DNA of 64,000 bases from contig NW_026862005.1 in NCBI RefSeq assembly GCF_026571515.1, positions 186,001 to 250,000 on the forward strand. The letters are read 5' to 3'. The position numbers and the translations under genes are program-made. The stretch comes from Ruditapes philippinarum. Lineage: Eukaryota. Positions 12,286-23,766 of the stretch are shown in pieces. The notes under the pieces were generated by a model. The model did not search any database. It saw nothing but the letters and a program-made list of their open reading frames with translations, and was not told the DNA's origin. Positions within the stretch are counted from its first letter, which is position 1. Each line of letters starts with the position of its first letter.

Positions 12286-14037
12286 CTAAAAATTAATGAT
12301 ATTGTATACCTTTAGGCGATCAGCACCGTCAAAACTAACGTACAGCTTCGACAACGAAGCAGAATAAAGTAAAGCTTGTGGGCAAAAATCGTCGAACTTC
12401 AACAAAACTTGTTTGTCCGTATTTTTAGTGTCATCGGTATGATAAACATGTATACTACCAGTTCCGGATTCACAGACATAAATGAAGCCATCCTTATCAG
12501 TCGTTATACCTAAAGGATGCCAGATGCGTGGCGAATAAGAATATCCATATGAGAAGTCAATGTCCATTTTATAAATGTTGTCATTTAACCAATCTGTGAC
12601 GTAAAACTGATTTCCCATTATATCAGTATTTAAGTAATAGGGACATTGAAAGGGAGACTCTCCCTTTTCATCTATATCAAATGTGCGAATAACACGTCCA
12701 CTGAAGTCCATTATCTGAAGTTTGCCATGATAATCAGCAGTCATTGCAATTACCAACTTTTCATCACCAATGTACGCAATATCAGCACAATACATTTCTG
12801 TCAATATAAAGCGCTTCATAAAAACGAGTTGTTTAGCATTTGTCAGTTTTAAAAACTGAATTATACTACGGCTCTCGTTCTTTTCGTTCTTTTCATATAA
12901 CTGAACCATAGCAATTCTCGAGTCCGTAATCTTAGTAACACCCTCTGGAGTCCTTTTCAGAGCCAGCCGATCTAATAAATTCTTACTTTTTAAATTGACT
13001 AATTTCAGACAACAATTACTACGATCAGACAAGACAAGATATTGTTCGGACAGTTTACATAAGTCGCATATGCAACAGTCTTCCTCATCACAGATGTCCT
13101 TGACAATTATATCTTCGACAAAGTTCGCTGTCTTTTTTATCCCTTTGCCATGACATTCTTGAGATGTAGCGATGTTTGTTCCAAATTCTTTAACTCTTTT
13201 TAACAAATCATTTGTTTTCTTTCTCGCTTCATCCTTGAAGTCCTTGTCTATTTTTGACGAATCTTGTGTCAAATCTCCCAAGATTTGATTCATTTCAGTC
13301 AAATTTACGCTCAGCTGTTTTATTTTCATAAATAACGTGTACTTACGACTTTTTTGAAGTTGTTTTATTGTTTTAACGTTCTTTGATAATTGATCAGTTT
13401 CTTTTTGCAGCAATTCAAGCCTTTCCTTCGCTTTGTCAATGCTCAAAGTATCACTTTCCTTTTTTGTTTGTATTGTTTCTTCTAGTGTTGAAATTTCCTC
13501 TTCGAACTTCGCAAACATTAATTCCTTCTCCTTTTTAATTACAGTTCTCGTTTCTGCTGTATCAACAAAAATACTTTCATATCTTGTATCAATTTCCCCT
13601 GTGAAATCTGAAAGATGTTTAACAATACCATCCTTGTGTTTCATTAACCCTTTAAGTTCTTCCTCACATTTAGTGTCCGTAACGAAATCGGGGAGATAGC
13701 TCATGTTACACGTATCTTTGTGTAGCTCCGGTTTACAAATACAACAAACAAATTTATTGCAAGTAGTACAAAAATATTTTACAACCTCCTTTGTATGTGT
13801 CTCACATTTTTCCAAGCACAAATCTTGGGGCATTTTATTTCCTTCCAGGGTTTTATGAAAAGGATAAAACTTTCCATGGTATTTCAGACAAGTTGAACAG
13901 AAGTAGGTCACACAAGCAGAACAAAATGCACAGGCTATCTCATGTTGCCCTTCCCTATGACAAGCTTCGCAGTACATGTCAAAAACATCGTCAGAACCTT
14001 TGCTTTCTGCTTCCTGAATTGTTTTTGATTCCGCCAT
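12286..14037 (-). CDS. RING-less TRIM-like B-box/B-box/coiled-coil/NHL-like beta-propeller protein, paralog 2 (583 aa)
   Basis: Intact ORF; two B-boxes, heptad-rich helical middle, NHL-like blades (FQCPYYLNTD..FYVTDW; WHPLGITTDKDGFIYVCE). Confidence 0.92.
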   Translation of the reverse strand: MAESKTIQEAESKGSDDVFDMYCEACHREGQHEIACAFCSACVTYFCSTCLKYHGKFYPFHKTLEGNKMPQDLCLEKCETHTKEVVKYFCTTCNKFVCCICKPELHKDTCNMSYLPDFVTDTKCEEELKGLMKHKDGIVKHLSDFTGEIDTRYESIFVDTAETRTVIKKEKELMFAKFEEEISTLEETIQTKKESDTLSIDKAKERLELLQKETDQLSKNVKTIKQLQKSRKYTLFMKIKQLSVNLTEMNQILGDLTQDSSKIDKDFKDEARKKTNDLLKRVKEFGTNIATSQECHGKGIKKTANFVEDIIVKDICDEEDCCICDLCKLSEQYLVLSDRSNCCLKLVNLKSKNLLDRLALKRTPEGVTKITDSRIAMVQLYEKNEKNESRSIIQFLKLTNAKQLVFMKRFILTEMYCADIAYIGDEKLVIAMTADYHGKLQIMDFSGRVIRTFDIDEKGESPFQCPYYLNTDIMGNQFYVTDWLNDNIYKMDIDFSYGYSYSPRIWHPLGITTDKDGFIYVCESGTGSIHVYHTDDTKNTDKQVLLKFDDFCPQALLYSASLSKLYVSFDGADRLKVYNIINF

Positions 14038-14072
14038 CGTTACCAGGAATTCATGCGTCTTTTTCTAATAAA

Positions 14073-15129
14073 CTAAATTTTAAAGTAAAATACAGGTGAG
14101 CAATAATTGATTAGAATGAGCCAACAAGACACGTAAATATTTCTTGTGGAAAATAAATTAATTTGAAACAAAAGTGGACAGCATTAGAAAATGTAAGATT
14201 TTACTTTAAACCTTTAATTGTTATCAACGTTCATCTGACACTTCACACACTTTAAAAATCGTAAAACATTATATTGATAAATGATGTATCGTTCAACATT
14301 TTACAACTCTAACGCCGACTTAGTCAACACTTGAACAGGAGAGTTTTTCAAAAATGAGAATAGAGGGGGGGGGGGGGGTGGAGGGGCTCTTTTCACTAAT
14401 AGTGCACATATTCCTCTACATTGCTGTTTGTTTTTACCCAATATTAGAGCGATTATCTGAAATTCTACTGAGCACAATTAATCAAAAACACTATACTTTT
14501 TTTCGGATATCCAAGTTTAAGTTTCGAATGTACTGAAGATAGTTTTTCTCGTTTTGGAAATAAACTTTTCCGATCAAGAAAGTAATTCATACAATCTATA
14601 GAGGATGTAGTATAGTACATTCCTTCTTCAGTTTTTGTTTGTTAATTTCAAGGTATGTTTTTGTAGTTAAAAATAAAAAGACAGAAAATCCACGGTGGTT
14701 CACCAAAACGCGAAAGTTGCTATAACAACGTCTTAGGATATAAGAGTAGATTATTAAATGTACTATAATATCGTACATGAATTTACCTTTACTTTAGAAA
14801 TGTAGGTTATGTTGTAAGTATAAGTGAAATTTTAACAATAAAGACCCCTAAAGGAAGAAACCGGTAGAATTTCACGTCGTTGTATTAAGTATTTGACTTA
14901 ATAAATGACACAATTTGCCTGTCTATACGATTAAGATTTTTTGAAAATAGGAGTGATTTTATTGGTCAGCAAATGATGTAGAATACTGATGAATCTTACA
15001 CCATTATAAGAATCCAGCACGGACACATTCATATTTTTTTTTTTTATTTTTAAATTTAAAAAAAAAAAAATTTTTATTATTTAAAAATTTTTTTTATTTT
15101 TTTTTTAAAAAAGCGACAGAATGACGTCA
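14073..15129 (-). promoter_or_regulatory. Candidate promoter and 5'UTR intron of paralog 2
   Basis: On the minus strand: TGACGTCA (15122-15129), CCAAT (14961-14965), donor AG|GTAAAT (GT at 14786-14785) and acceptor tttAG at 14074-14073. The same motifs occur upstream of paralog 4. Confidence 0.4.
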
Positions 15130-15225
15130 TTTAAGATTATTTACCTACTGTTGTATACACTATACAATATAGACTGATACTTAGTTAACTATTAGAATAA
15201 TCATTGAAAAAAATAAAGATATATA

Positions 15226-15403
15226 TACGGTGGCACAAAGGTGACATGTGTGTGTTTTTATTTATCTCGTGCGCACGAGATACTATGTCGTTGCCACGTG
15301 TTACTAAGTCGTTGCCACGACTTAGTAACTCATGGCCTCGACATAGTATCTTGTGGCCACGAGATAAATAAAAATGCACACATGTCACCTTTGTGCCACC
15401 GTA
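15226..15403. mobile_element. MITE with long TIRs and internal 21-bp palindromic units, inserted in a TA run
   Basis: TIR tacggtggcacaaaggtgacatgtgtg / cacacatgtcacctttgtgccaccgta; the empty site is present in the duplicate region at ~37355-37370 (aaagatatttacaatac). Confidence 0.9.
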
Positions 15404-15459
15404 TATATACAATACTTAAAGTGAATAGAATAGCAATATATGATAATCGATACGCTTGA

Positions 15460-16400
15460 AAAACAGCTCCCGTTTTTTCTTGTTATAATTATAATAAAAA
15501 TTGATCTGAACGATTTATCTAGCATGTTAGAGGCTTACATCATGAAAGAGTAGTGCTGAATGTGAAAATAGTTGGCATAAAAGTAGTAAAAATAAAAATA
15601 GAATGAAATTTGACTTCAATATAAAATACTAAATCACTATAACTGTGCTTATTCCCAGAAAGCAACTCAGGCGAAATATGATTCAGTTAATTGGTAAATT
15701 AGTAAGTGTTGGAAAACTATATAAAAAACATCAAATATAAACAACTTTTTAGAAACAAAATACAAACCTTTATTGGTCATGATCCGATTTCAAAACTTCA
15801 TAGACAGGTTTCACCAAAGGCGAACTATGTCTGTACATGTCTACTGATAAGAATATTAAATCGTAACTTGATAAAAGAAATTACCTTTACATGCTGTGAT
15901 ATCTTTCAATGTCGTTCATAACTATTTACACAGGATATGTACATGTCCAAATGTTGAACAGTAAAAACGTTATGTCGTTGAAGAGAACATGTCCGGTGTG
16001 GATCAGTACATTACTGATAAGGCCTTTATCTGATTAAAACCCCACATCATAACTCCGCAAAAATTCAAAGTTTGTATTTAAATTTTCTGTCGGAATTAAA
16101 AAACCATTACTGGGATAAACATAAGTCCAGTCAGTTAAATTTTCACGTGACAGATAATTTAAAAATGCAGTAAATTTATAACGAAACGAAATCAATGACA
16201 TTTCATCTGATAAACTATATCAAAGGGTTTTAAAAGTAACAGCAGTTTTGTAACCGTCTAGTATGATCTTCCCACAATGCACCAGCTATTTACTGTTGCA
16301 ATCGTAACTTCTCGGCTTTCTCCGGCGACTTCGTCGGGGTGTACCGATTGCTTTCGAGAAATGTTAAAGTTTATGGTTTATGATAATGTGATAAATTGTT
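15460..16400. repeat. Paralogous intergenic block (copies ~27090-28150, ~37425-38470, degenerate ~44190-44750)
   Basis: Shared strings cagctcccgtttt, gtagtgctgaatgtgaaa, caggcgaaatatga, cccacaatgcaccagctatt and gtcggggtgtaccgattgct. Confidence 0.85.
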
Positions 16401-16411
16401 ATATAGAAGAT

Positions 16412-16561
16412 ATTTGTTAAGTTCAGTGTAAGATCGAAATATATTTCACCGAGTGAGCACCAAAAGGTATATTTCACGAGTGGCCCAGCCACGAGTGAAA
16501 TATTAACTTTTGGTGTTCACAAGGTGAAATATATTTCGATCTTACACTAAACTAGATAAAT
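16412..16561 (+). mobile_element. Long hairpin of a non-autonomous (Crypton-like?) element, family 2, copy 1
   Basis: Arms agtgtaagatcgaaatatatttcacc / ggtgaaatatatttcgatcttacact; core CACGAGTGGC-cca-GCCACGAGTG; absent from the paralogous block near 28145. Confidence 0.7.
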
Positions 16562-18915
16562 TTTCATTTTTATTATATGCAAAGAAACGTTTTAAAAAGA
16601 TACTAAACCTAATACTGAATGAAAAGCGCGCCAAATAATAATACAACGTGACGTGATTTACACATTATAGGTAAACATAGTGTCATTCAAAAAATTATCT
16701 GGCAGGATCAAATTCCTTGACAGATGATGCAGCTCCAAAAACATAGTAAGTGCTTTTTCTTACTCAAATTAGACATATTCAGTAATGTACAATTTTAAAC
16801 AAATCCGAATAAAGACATTTTGTTTTTTCGGTTTCTACAACCAACTACTTTATATATAAATAATATTATATAATTTAGGCAGACTTTTACTCTATATATT
16901 GGAATAAACCTAGTCAACACAAATATGATAAACAAGATCAACAACGAAAGGCGGCGTTCAATGAACGCAACCCAAATATAATTTTATATCTCTCAGCAAT
17001 CTCTTACTATTTGTTTGCATGTTTAGTTTCTTAGCGGAGATAAGGCCGTAATACAGAATTCGTTCTATGTATTCTTACTATTGTGTTCGAGGTCCTTATT
17101 CAAAGTATGAAGGAAGGGGCCGAAAAGATGCGATTGATACATGCTCAAATACGTCTCATCAATGTCTTTCTTATATTTATGTTTTACTTTAATAATTTAT
17201 TAAAAAAGCTCACAGTACTGTTTTTTCCAGGTATTCCAAGAAGCCGATGTTTACATTGGTCAAAGTTTATACACCTTCATACTCCAGTTTTTTATGGCTC
17301 TGTTCCTCACTGGCTAAGATCACCATCTCAGGCAGCACGGCTTCTGTTGTCAGAACAAACTTCCACGAGGTCTATGTTTACATTCAACCTACATACTTAA
17401 TTTTTTTTTTACCATATGTATTTAACCAAAATATATTTAGAAATAATATTAAATAAAAGATTTAAATCCGTTGAAACCAAGTGTCAAACAATCATCTGGA
17501 AGTATGAAAAATAATCTTAAATTCCATGCAGCAAGCCATGTTTCAAAGTTTTACTAACAAGTATGAAAATCTAACAGTAATAGATGGCTGCCACTTTTAA
17601 AAACAAAGAAAAGATATTAATCGATCTTAATTACCCCGGTACAAAGAAATTACTAAAATTACTTACAAATTTATCAAAAAATGGTTCAGTGAATTTACAT
17701 AATCTTTAAGTTTAATTTAATGGCAAAGTGCCTAAAATAAATTCTTTAAATGATTAATAAACATTAGATGTTGCTTCTTTATAAATTAGCAGCAGAATAA
17801 CAAAACTCTCGAGATGACTGGTTAAATGAACTTCTGCATCCGTGAGGGTGCTAGCATTTACATACAGGTGGCACTGTATGTAACAACACATCTGATTGGT
17901 CTGAAAATTTCTGCTTACATGAATTTACCTAACAAATGCTTTAGGCTTATAATTTCTTTGCATAACTATTCTAATAATATATTGTGATTCATGGAAAAGA
18001 TTTAAAAAAAACATTAACATTTTCTACAAAAGATAACAATAACAAAGTTCTACAAAGTTATTAAAAGAATAAAAATACCACTAAGAAACTAAATATATTT
18101 ATAAACATATGCGAATGCTTAATCAACAACTTATATTCCACTCAGTTTAAAGGCCAGAGTATGTGGAAGTAGAACCATTTTCTATATATATATTATACAT
18201 TACTATATAAAATAATCTTAAGCCATGGTAAGCGTCTCTAAAAGAATGTTCTAAAAGTTCTACAAGGTTGCTTAATATAGTCAAACTTAGTAAAATAATC
18301 AACATAAAATAGTAAATGATAAGAATGAAATATCCATAAAACAATACATATTCACTATCATTAATTTTTTTAGAATATTTACAAGTTTTAGTCAATCAAA
18401 AAGGTGACTTTTGAATGAATATGTATTACGCACTCAAAACATAAAGTTGTATTCTTTAAATGTTGTTTCGATCATCGTTGTGATCACGTGCACACCCTCA
18501 TGTAAATATTATCAGCAGTGTGTTAAGGACAGTAACTGTTTAATAATGTTATCTCCCTTTGATTCTGTGAAAAGAGCCAGTGTCGATCCGTATTTCACAT
18601 ACGTTTGCCCGCGTTATACCTTTTCAAGATAACTATCACTTAACCTACTGTATATGATGACATAGATTTCATAGGTGGTTTTATCCGCATAGGTCTTATT
18701 CTTAAAATAATGTGTTTATCTCTTTAATTGAATCATCACCAATTTCATCTGTTACGTTCTATATCAAATCGACACATCATGGGTAGAACAAACTGGCAGT
18801 TTAAACATTTCTTTAACGTAGACAGCGGATAACTTTCTCATCCTCGATGACACAAAGTCAAATAAATATATGTAAATTCATGATCAACATTCGTCGAACT
18901 CGAAGTTTAGCAGTT

Positions 18916-20658
18916 CTAAGAGTTGATAATATTGTATACCTTTAGGTGTTCAGAACCGTCGAAACTAACGTACAGCTTAGACAATGAAGCAGAAAAAAGT
19001 AAAGCTTGGGGGCTATCATCGCTGAACTGTAACAAAACTTGCTTATCCGAATTTTTAGTGTCGTCGGTATAATAAACATGTATACTATCAGTTCCAGATT
19101 CACAGACATAAATACAACAATCCTCGTCAATCGTTATCCCATAGGGATGCCAGATGCGTGGCGAATACTGATATGTACTTAATGTGTCAATGTCCACTTT
19201 GCAAAAACTGTCATTCAACCAATCACTGATGTAAACAACCTTTTCCGCCATATTAGTATTTAAATAGTAGGGACATTGAAAAAGAGACTCTCCATTTTCA
19301 TCTTTATCAATTGTGTGTATAACACGACCGCTGAAGTCAACTATCTGCACTTTACCATGATAGTTAGCCGTCATTGCAATTACCAACTTGTCATTACCAA
19401 TGTATGTTATATTGGTGCAAAACATTTCTGTCAATATAAAGCGCTTCATAAAAACGAGTTGTTTAGCATTTGTCAGTTTCAAAAACTGAATTATACAGCG
19501 GCTCTCATCTTTCTCATATAACCGAGCCATAGCCATCTCCGACTCTGTAATCTTAGTAACAGCTTCTGGGGCTGTTATCACAGATCGCCGATACAACAAC
19601 TTCTTGCTTTTGACATCGACTAACTTCAGGCAACAATTACTTCTGTCAGACAAAACTAGATATTGATCGGTTATTAAACATAAATCGAATATAAGACAGT
19701 CTTTCTGATCCTTCTTATCCTTTACATTTAAATCCTCAACAAAGTAAGCTGCCTTACCCGTCGCTTTAGCTTGACATTCTTGAGATGTTGCAACGCATTT
19801 TCCAATCTCTTTAACTCTGTCGATCAAATCATTCAATTCCCTTTTCACTTCATCCCCAAAATGATTGTCTGTCTTTAATGAATCTTTTGTCAGATTACGC
19901 ACAATTTCATTCAGTTGTGTCAAATCTCCGCTCATTTGCTTCATTTTCAGAAATGACGTGTACTTTCGACTTTTTGGGAATTGTTGTACTATTTTGATGT
20001 TCTCCGATAGTTTATCGGTTTCATTGTGCAGCACTTCAAGCATTTCTTTCGCTCGATCAATGTTCAACATATCCTTTGTCTTTGCTGTGTGTACAGTTTT
20101 CTCTAAGTTTGAGATTTCTTCCTCGAATGGTGCAAATATATCCTCTTTCTTACTTTGAATCACAGTTTTGGCTTCTGATGCACAAGAAAAAATACTCTCA
20201 TATTTCACATCTATGTTCCCTTTGAAATCTGACAAACGTTTAGCAATGTTACTATTATAAGTTTTTATATCTTTCAGTTCCTCTGTCACTTTAGTATCCG
20301 TAACATAATCTGGTAAATATCTCAAGTTACAGGTATCTTTGTGGAGCTCCGGTTTACATATACAACAAACAAATTTATTGCAAGTAGTACAAAAATACTT
20401 CAAAATCTCCTGGTAATGTGTCTTACATTTTTCAATACACAAGTCTTGAGGCATGTTTACTCCTGCCAGGGGTTTATGACCTGGAAAAAACCTACCATGA
20501 CATTTCAGACAAATCAAACAAAAGTAGGTCACACAAACAGAACAGAAAGCGCATGCTATCTCACGTTTCCCTTCCCTATGACAAGGTTCACAGTACATTT
20601 CAAAAACGCCTTCAGAGCCATTGACTTTTGTTTTGTGTAATGCTTTTGATTCTGCCAT
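18916..20658 (-). CDS. RING-less TRIM-like B-box/coiled-coil/NHL-like propeller protein, paralog 3 (580 aa)
   Basis: Intact ORF. Start placed at the ATG of MAESK (20658) by homology; the ORF-track start is a TTG upstream of a tttttAG acceptor. Confidence 0.92.
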   Translation of the reverse strand: MAESKALHKTKVNGSEGVFEMYCEPCHREGKREIACAFCSVCVTYFCLICLKCHGRFFPGHKPLAGVNMPQDLCIEKCKTHYQEILKYFCTTCNKFVCCICKPELHKDTCNLRYLPDYVTDTKVTEELKDIKTYNSNIAKRLSDFKGNIDVKYESIFSCASEAKTVIQSKKEDIFAPFEEEISNLEKTVHTAKTKDMLNIDRAKEMLEVLHNETDKLSENIKIVQQFPKSRKYTSFLKMKQMSGDLTQLNEIVRNLTKDSLKTDNHFGDEVKRELNDLIDRVKEIGKCVATSQECQAKATGKAAYFVEDLNVKDKKDQKDCLIFDLCLITDQYLVLSDRSNCCLKLVDVKSKKLLYRRSVITAPEAVTKITESEMAMARLYEKDESRCIIQFLKLTNAKQLVFMKRFILTEMFCTNITYIGNDKLVIAMTANYHGKVQIVDFSGRVIHTIDKDENGESLFQCPYYLNTNMAEKVVYISDWLNDSFCKVDIDTLSTYQYSPRIWHPYGITIDEDCCIYVCESGTDSIHVYYTDDTKNSDKQVLLQFSDDSPQALLFSASLSKLYVSFDGSEHLKVYNIINS

Positions 20659-22446
20659 TGTCGCTAAGAACTCATTTGTCCTTTCTAATAATGTATCTAA
20701 AAAGGAATACAACTAAATAATCATTATTACAAATTGACAAAAAAGAAAACAAAACCGGCTTTGGTTAAAACAAACATGGACATCAAAAGAAAATAAACTT
20801 TTATCATTTTTTTACTTAAAGTAGTAATATCCACGCAAAAAGTAATTGTAAGTTGTTATAAAATATTATAGTCAACATTGTACTAATGTAATGACGAATT
20901 AGTCAAAGCTTAAATAACCGGACGTCTTTTCCAAATGGATAATTAGGAGATACTGCTTTTCTCTTTCCTGATAATCAAATGCTTTTAAAATTTTCCCCCG
21001 ATCTGATAAAGAAACGCAAACATTATATATTAATTTTTGGGCTATGGGATTCACAAAATGCAAGAACAGTACATGATCAGATAACTTTTAAACAATTATC
21101 TTATAAGAAAAGCAAAATACATGTTTTACAGATATCCGAGCATAACGTGTAAGGATATTGACCTTTGGGAAATACACTTTCTTTGACAACAAGAATCCAA
21201 AAACATAAGGAAGGGGTTTTTCAAAATTTTCTTAATTAAGATTTACTTTTAAATTTTACCAAAAACATATTAAAAGGCCAAAGTATTTTTTTCTACAGTT
21301 TTTTTTTCAATATTCGAGTTAAGTTTTCAATTTAAACAGTTTAAAAGTTTTAAAAAAGGGAACAGTGCATAAAGTTATCTAACAAAAAAAATTTCAGAAA
21401 GATTTTTTCTATAAAGTCATAGGGAATAAATTTTACTTCATGTTCACCCTTTGGGCTCTCCCTATTTTGTTTTTCCCCAGAACCACATAACCCGTTTCGT
21501 GTCTTTTTAACTGCCCATATATTATATTAAATTTCTTGTTGTTTTGGGGTTATTTTAAATTATAACCAAATTATACCCCCGCCTTAGTTGTTCATTGCTT
21601 TAATTTTTGAGTAAAAACTGCAAAATTTTACAACCCAAAAAATTTCCCCAATCATATTCAACAATTTGATAAAAATATCATATACATATACAATTTTTTT
21701 TTACACAAACTGACCTTTTAAAAAGTTTAAAATTTGATAGTAAACTTCCTAAAAATTTTTGAAGAAGAAGCTTTCCCTTTATAAAGCATATCCCCGTCAA
21801 AAATGAACAGGAAAAAGAAAATTTAAAAAAATTCTTGTTTTTGTCTATGGAACACATTTACGCAATATAATTTTCATTTAAAATATAAAATGAAATAGAA
21901 ATTTTACTCAAAGTTTTATATTACAAATATTCATAAGGACATTCAATTAATAATAAATTTCACTGAACAAAAATTTGTCATACAAGATATCGATTAAGAA
22001 TAATTTCACATTTCATAGTTGGCATTTAAGCATCCAATTTGCGTCGACGCAAAAGCACCAGATCATTGAGAACTCGTAATAAACAAAATATATTAAATAG
22101 TTATGTTTTATCTGTAACAAGGTGTTTTAAAAAAATATAAATTACCCATTGTATAGAATATTTGCTTGTTCAAGAAAAAATATTTCCAAAACTAGATAAA
22201 CTTAAAAATAGCGATTATTTCTTAAAAGCCTTCAACTTTATGCTCGGATACCTCAGAAATGAGTGTGTTTTAATTATTTGTGTATGGTAAATTTCTGTAA
22301 GATGTCATTGAAAATAACATTAAAGCAATCTATGTCCTAGATGTCTGCCTTGAAACCCGTAGACCATGGTGTCAATTAAGTAAGCGTCTCTTTTCCCGAT
22401 CGGGATGGGGCTTTGTTTGTGGTGTGTATTTGTTGTGCTTTTGTTT

Positions 22447-22479
22447 TTGTTGTTGTTGTTGTTGTTGTAGTTGTTGTTG
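22447..22479. repeat. (TTG)n microsatellite
   Basis: About 11 imperfect TTG units. Confidence 0.85.
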
Positions 22480-23737
22480 CTGTTTTTAATGCGGACAGTG
22501 ACAATGGTATCCCTTGCAGAAAAGATACCCGATTATTAAAATGAATTTTGGTATTCAGTCCGATTTGCATCACATTCTTTAAAAAAAACCTATTGTCATA
22601 TAACTGTATTATCTAAATATATGAATCCATTTGAAAAACTTCAAATTCATTTACTCAGAGCGTCATATATGTAACAAGCATGTTGTATATAGACATGAGT
22701 TATTGAAATAATTGAAATCTTATTAATGAGAAAATAAACTACCATTTCATTTCGTTATCTAAGTATGTCGTTCTACACATGTAGCGTATACGTGGAAAAG
22801 CAGAAACTTCTCGTGTATAACCTGGCCCGTATGAATATCCTACAAGAAAAGCATTGATGCAAAGCATCAAAGGGCGTCCAAGCAAGAAATGCAGCAAGTG
22901 AAGATGAACTAGTACACATATGATGACAAGATATTCTTATAAACTACCAGAAATGTATACCACTTATGAATGAGCGGACGAAAGACATTGTTCATTATGA
23001 ACTTTGATTGGCATGCTAGAGATTAGAATATTACTTGTTATTTCTTTATGATCGTGGTTATTAATAGCAACGGATATACATGTATGCAATCATTTATAAT
23101 CCATATGTGTAACGCATGATCAACACGTACCACACATTTGTCCCTTATTATGTGCATGTTATCGCTATTAGCAAAGACCCCCTTAAGGTATCTGTTCACA
23201 CTTTAAGTTAGTAAAAATATGACACTGTTATATTACCATGTTGATCATGTTGAGCATAATTGTTTATTATACAATAATTGTAATATCTATTAATTTTAAT
23301 TAAAAAAAATACAAATTTTATGAATATTGTTTTCTTTTATTCTTTTTGTGTTTTATGTGCTATTTTAATACTGAGTTTTTACTACTCTTTTTTATTAAAA
23401 TTGTAAAACAATTTTTAAGAATTCAATTGTCATATTGACCGACGATTATAAGTCAAAGCTTAACTGGAAAAAGTCAGTAAATTATGGTTTATCTTTCAAT
23501 ATATAATATTGTTTATTCTTAAACCATGTACATGTACATTGTATTTTTCTTTATCATTTTTTTAAATTATCGATCAATTGAATAATTCATAAAATCTAAT
23601 TTGTAACTTTGAATAATTCCTCGGCATCTTAACTAAACACGGATAACAAATTGAATAATTAAATAAAATGTTTCAAAGTTGATAATGTCATTTTAATACC
23701 ATAAAAAATGTACCTTTTTCTCAATTATTGTACATAT

Positions 23738-23766
23738 CACGGATTTATATTACATATAAATCCGTG
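23738..23766. mobile_element. 29-bp palindrome flanked by a 7-bp direct repeat; probable DNA-transposon (P-like) excision footprint
   Basis: tacatat[CACGGATTTATAT tac ATATAAATCCGTG]tacatat. Confidence 0.6.

Noticed and set aside
12286-14037. Assigning a gene symbol such as TRIM71/lin-41, TRIM2/3, brat or wech
   Set aside because: The domain layout is similar, but there is no RING or filamin domain and no recognisable orthology-level similarity; this looks like a lineage-specific expansion.
22038-22053. Perfect 16-bp palindrome tttgcgtcgacgcaaa, and aacaag-plus-hairpin motifs at ~16930, ~22842 and ~38827
   Set aside because: Too short to assign; possibly Helentron-type end remnants, but no matching other end could be identified.
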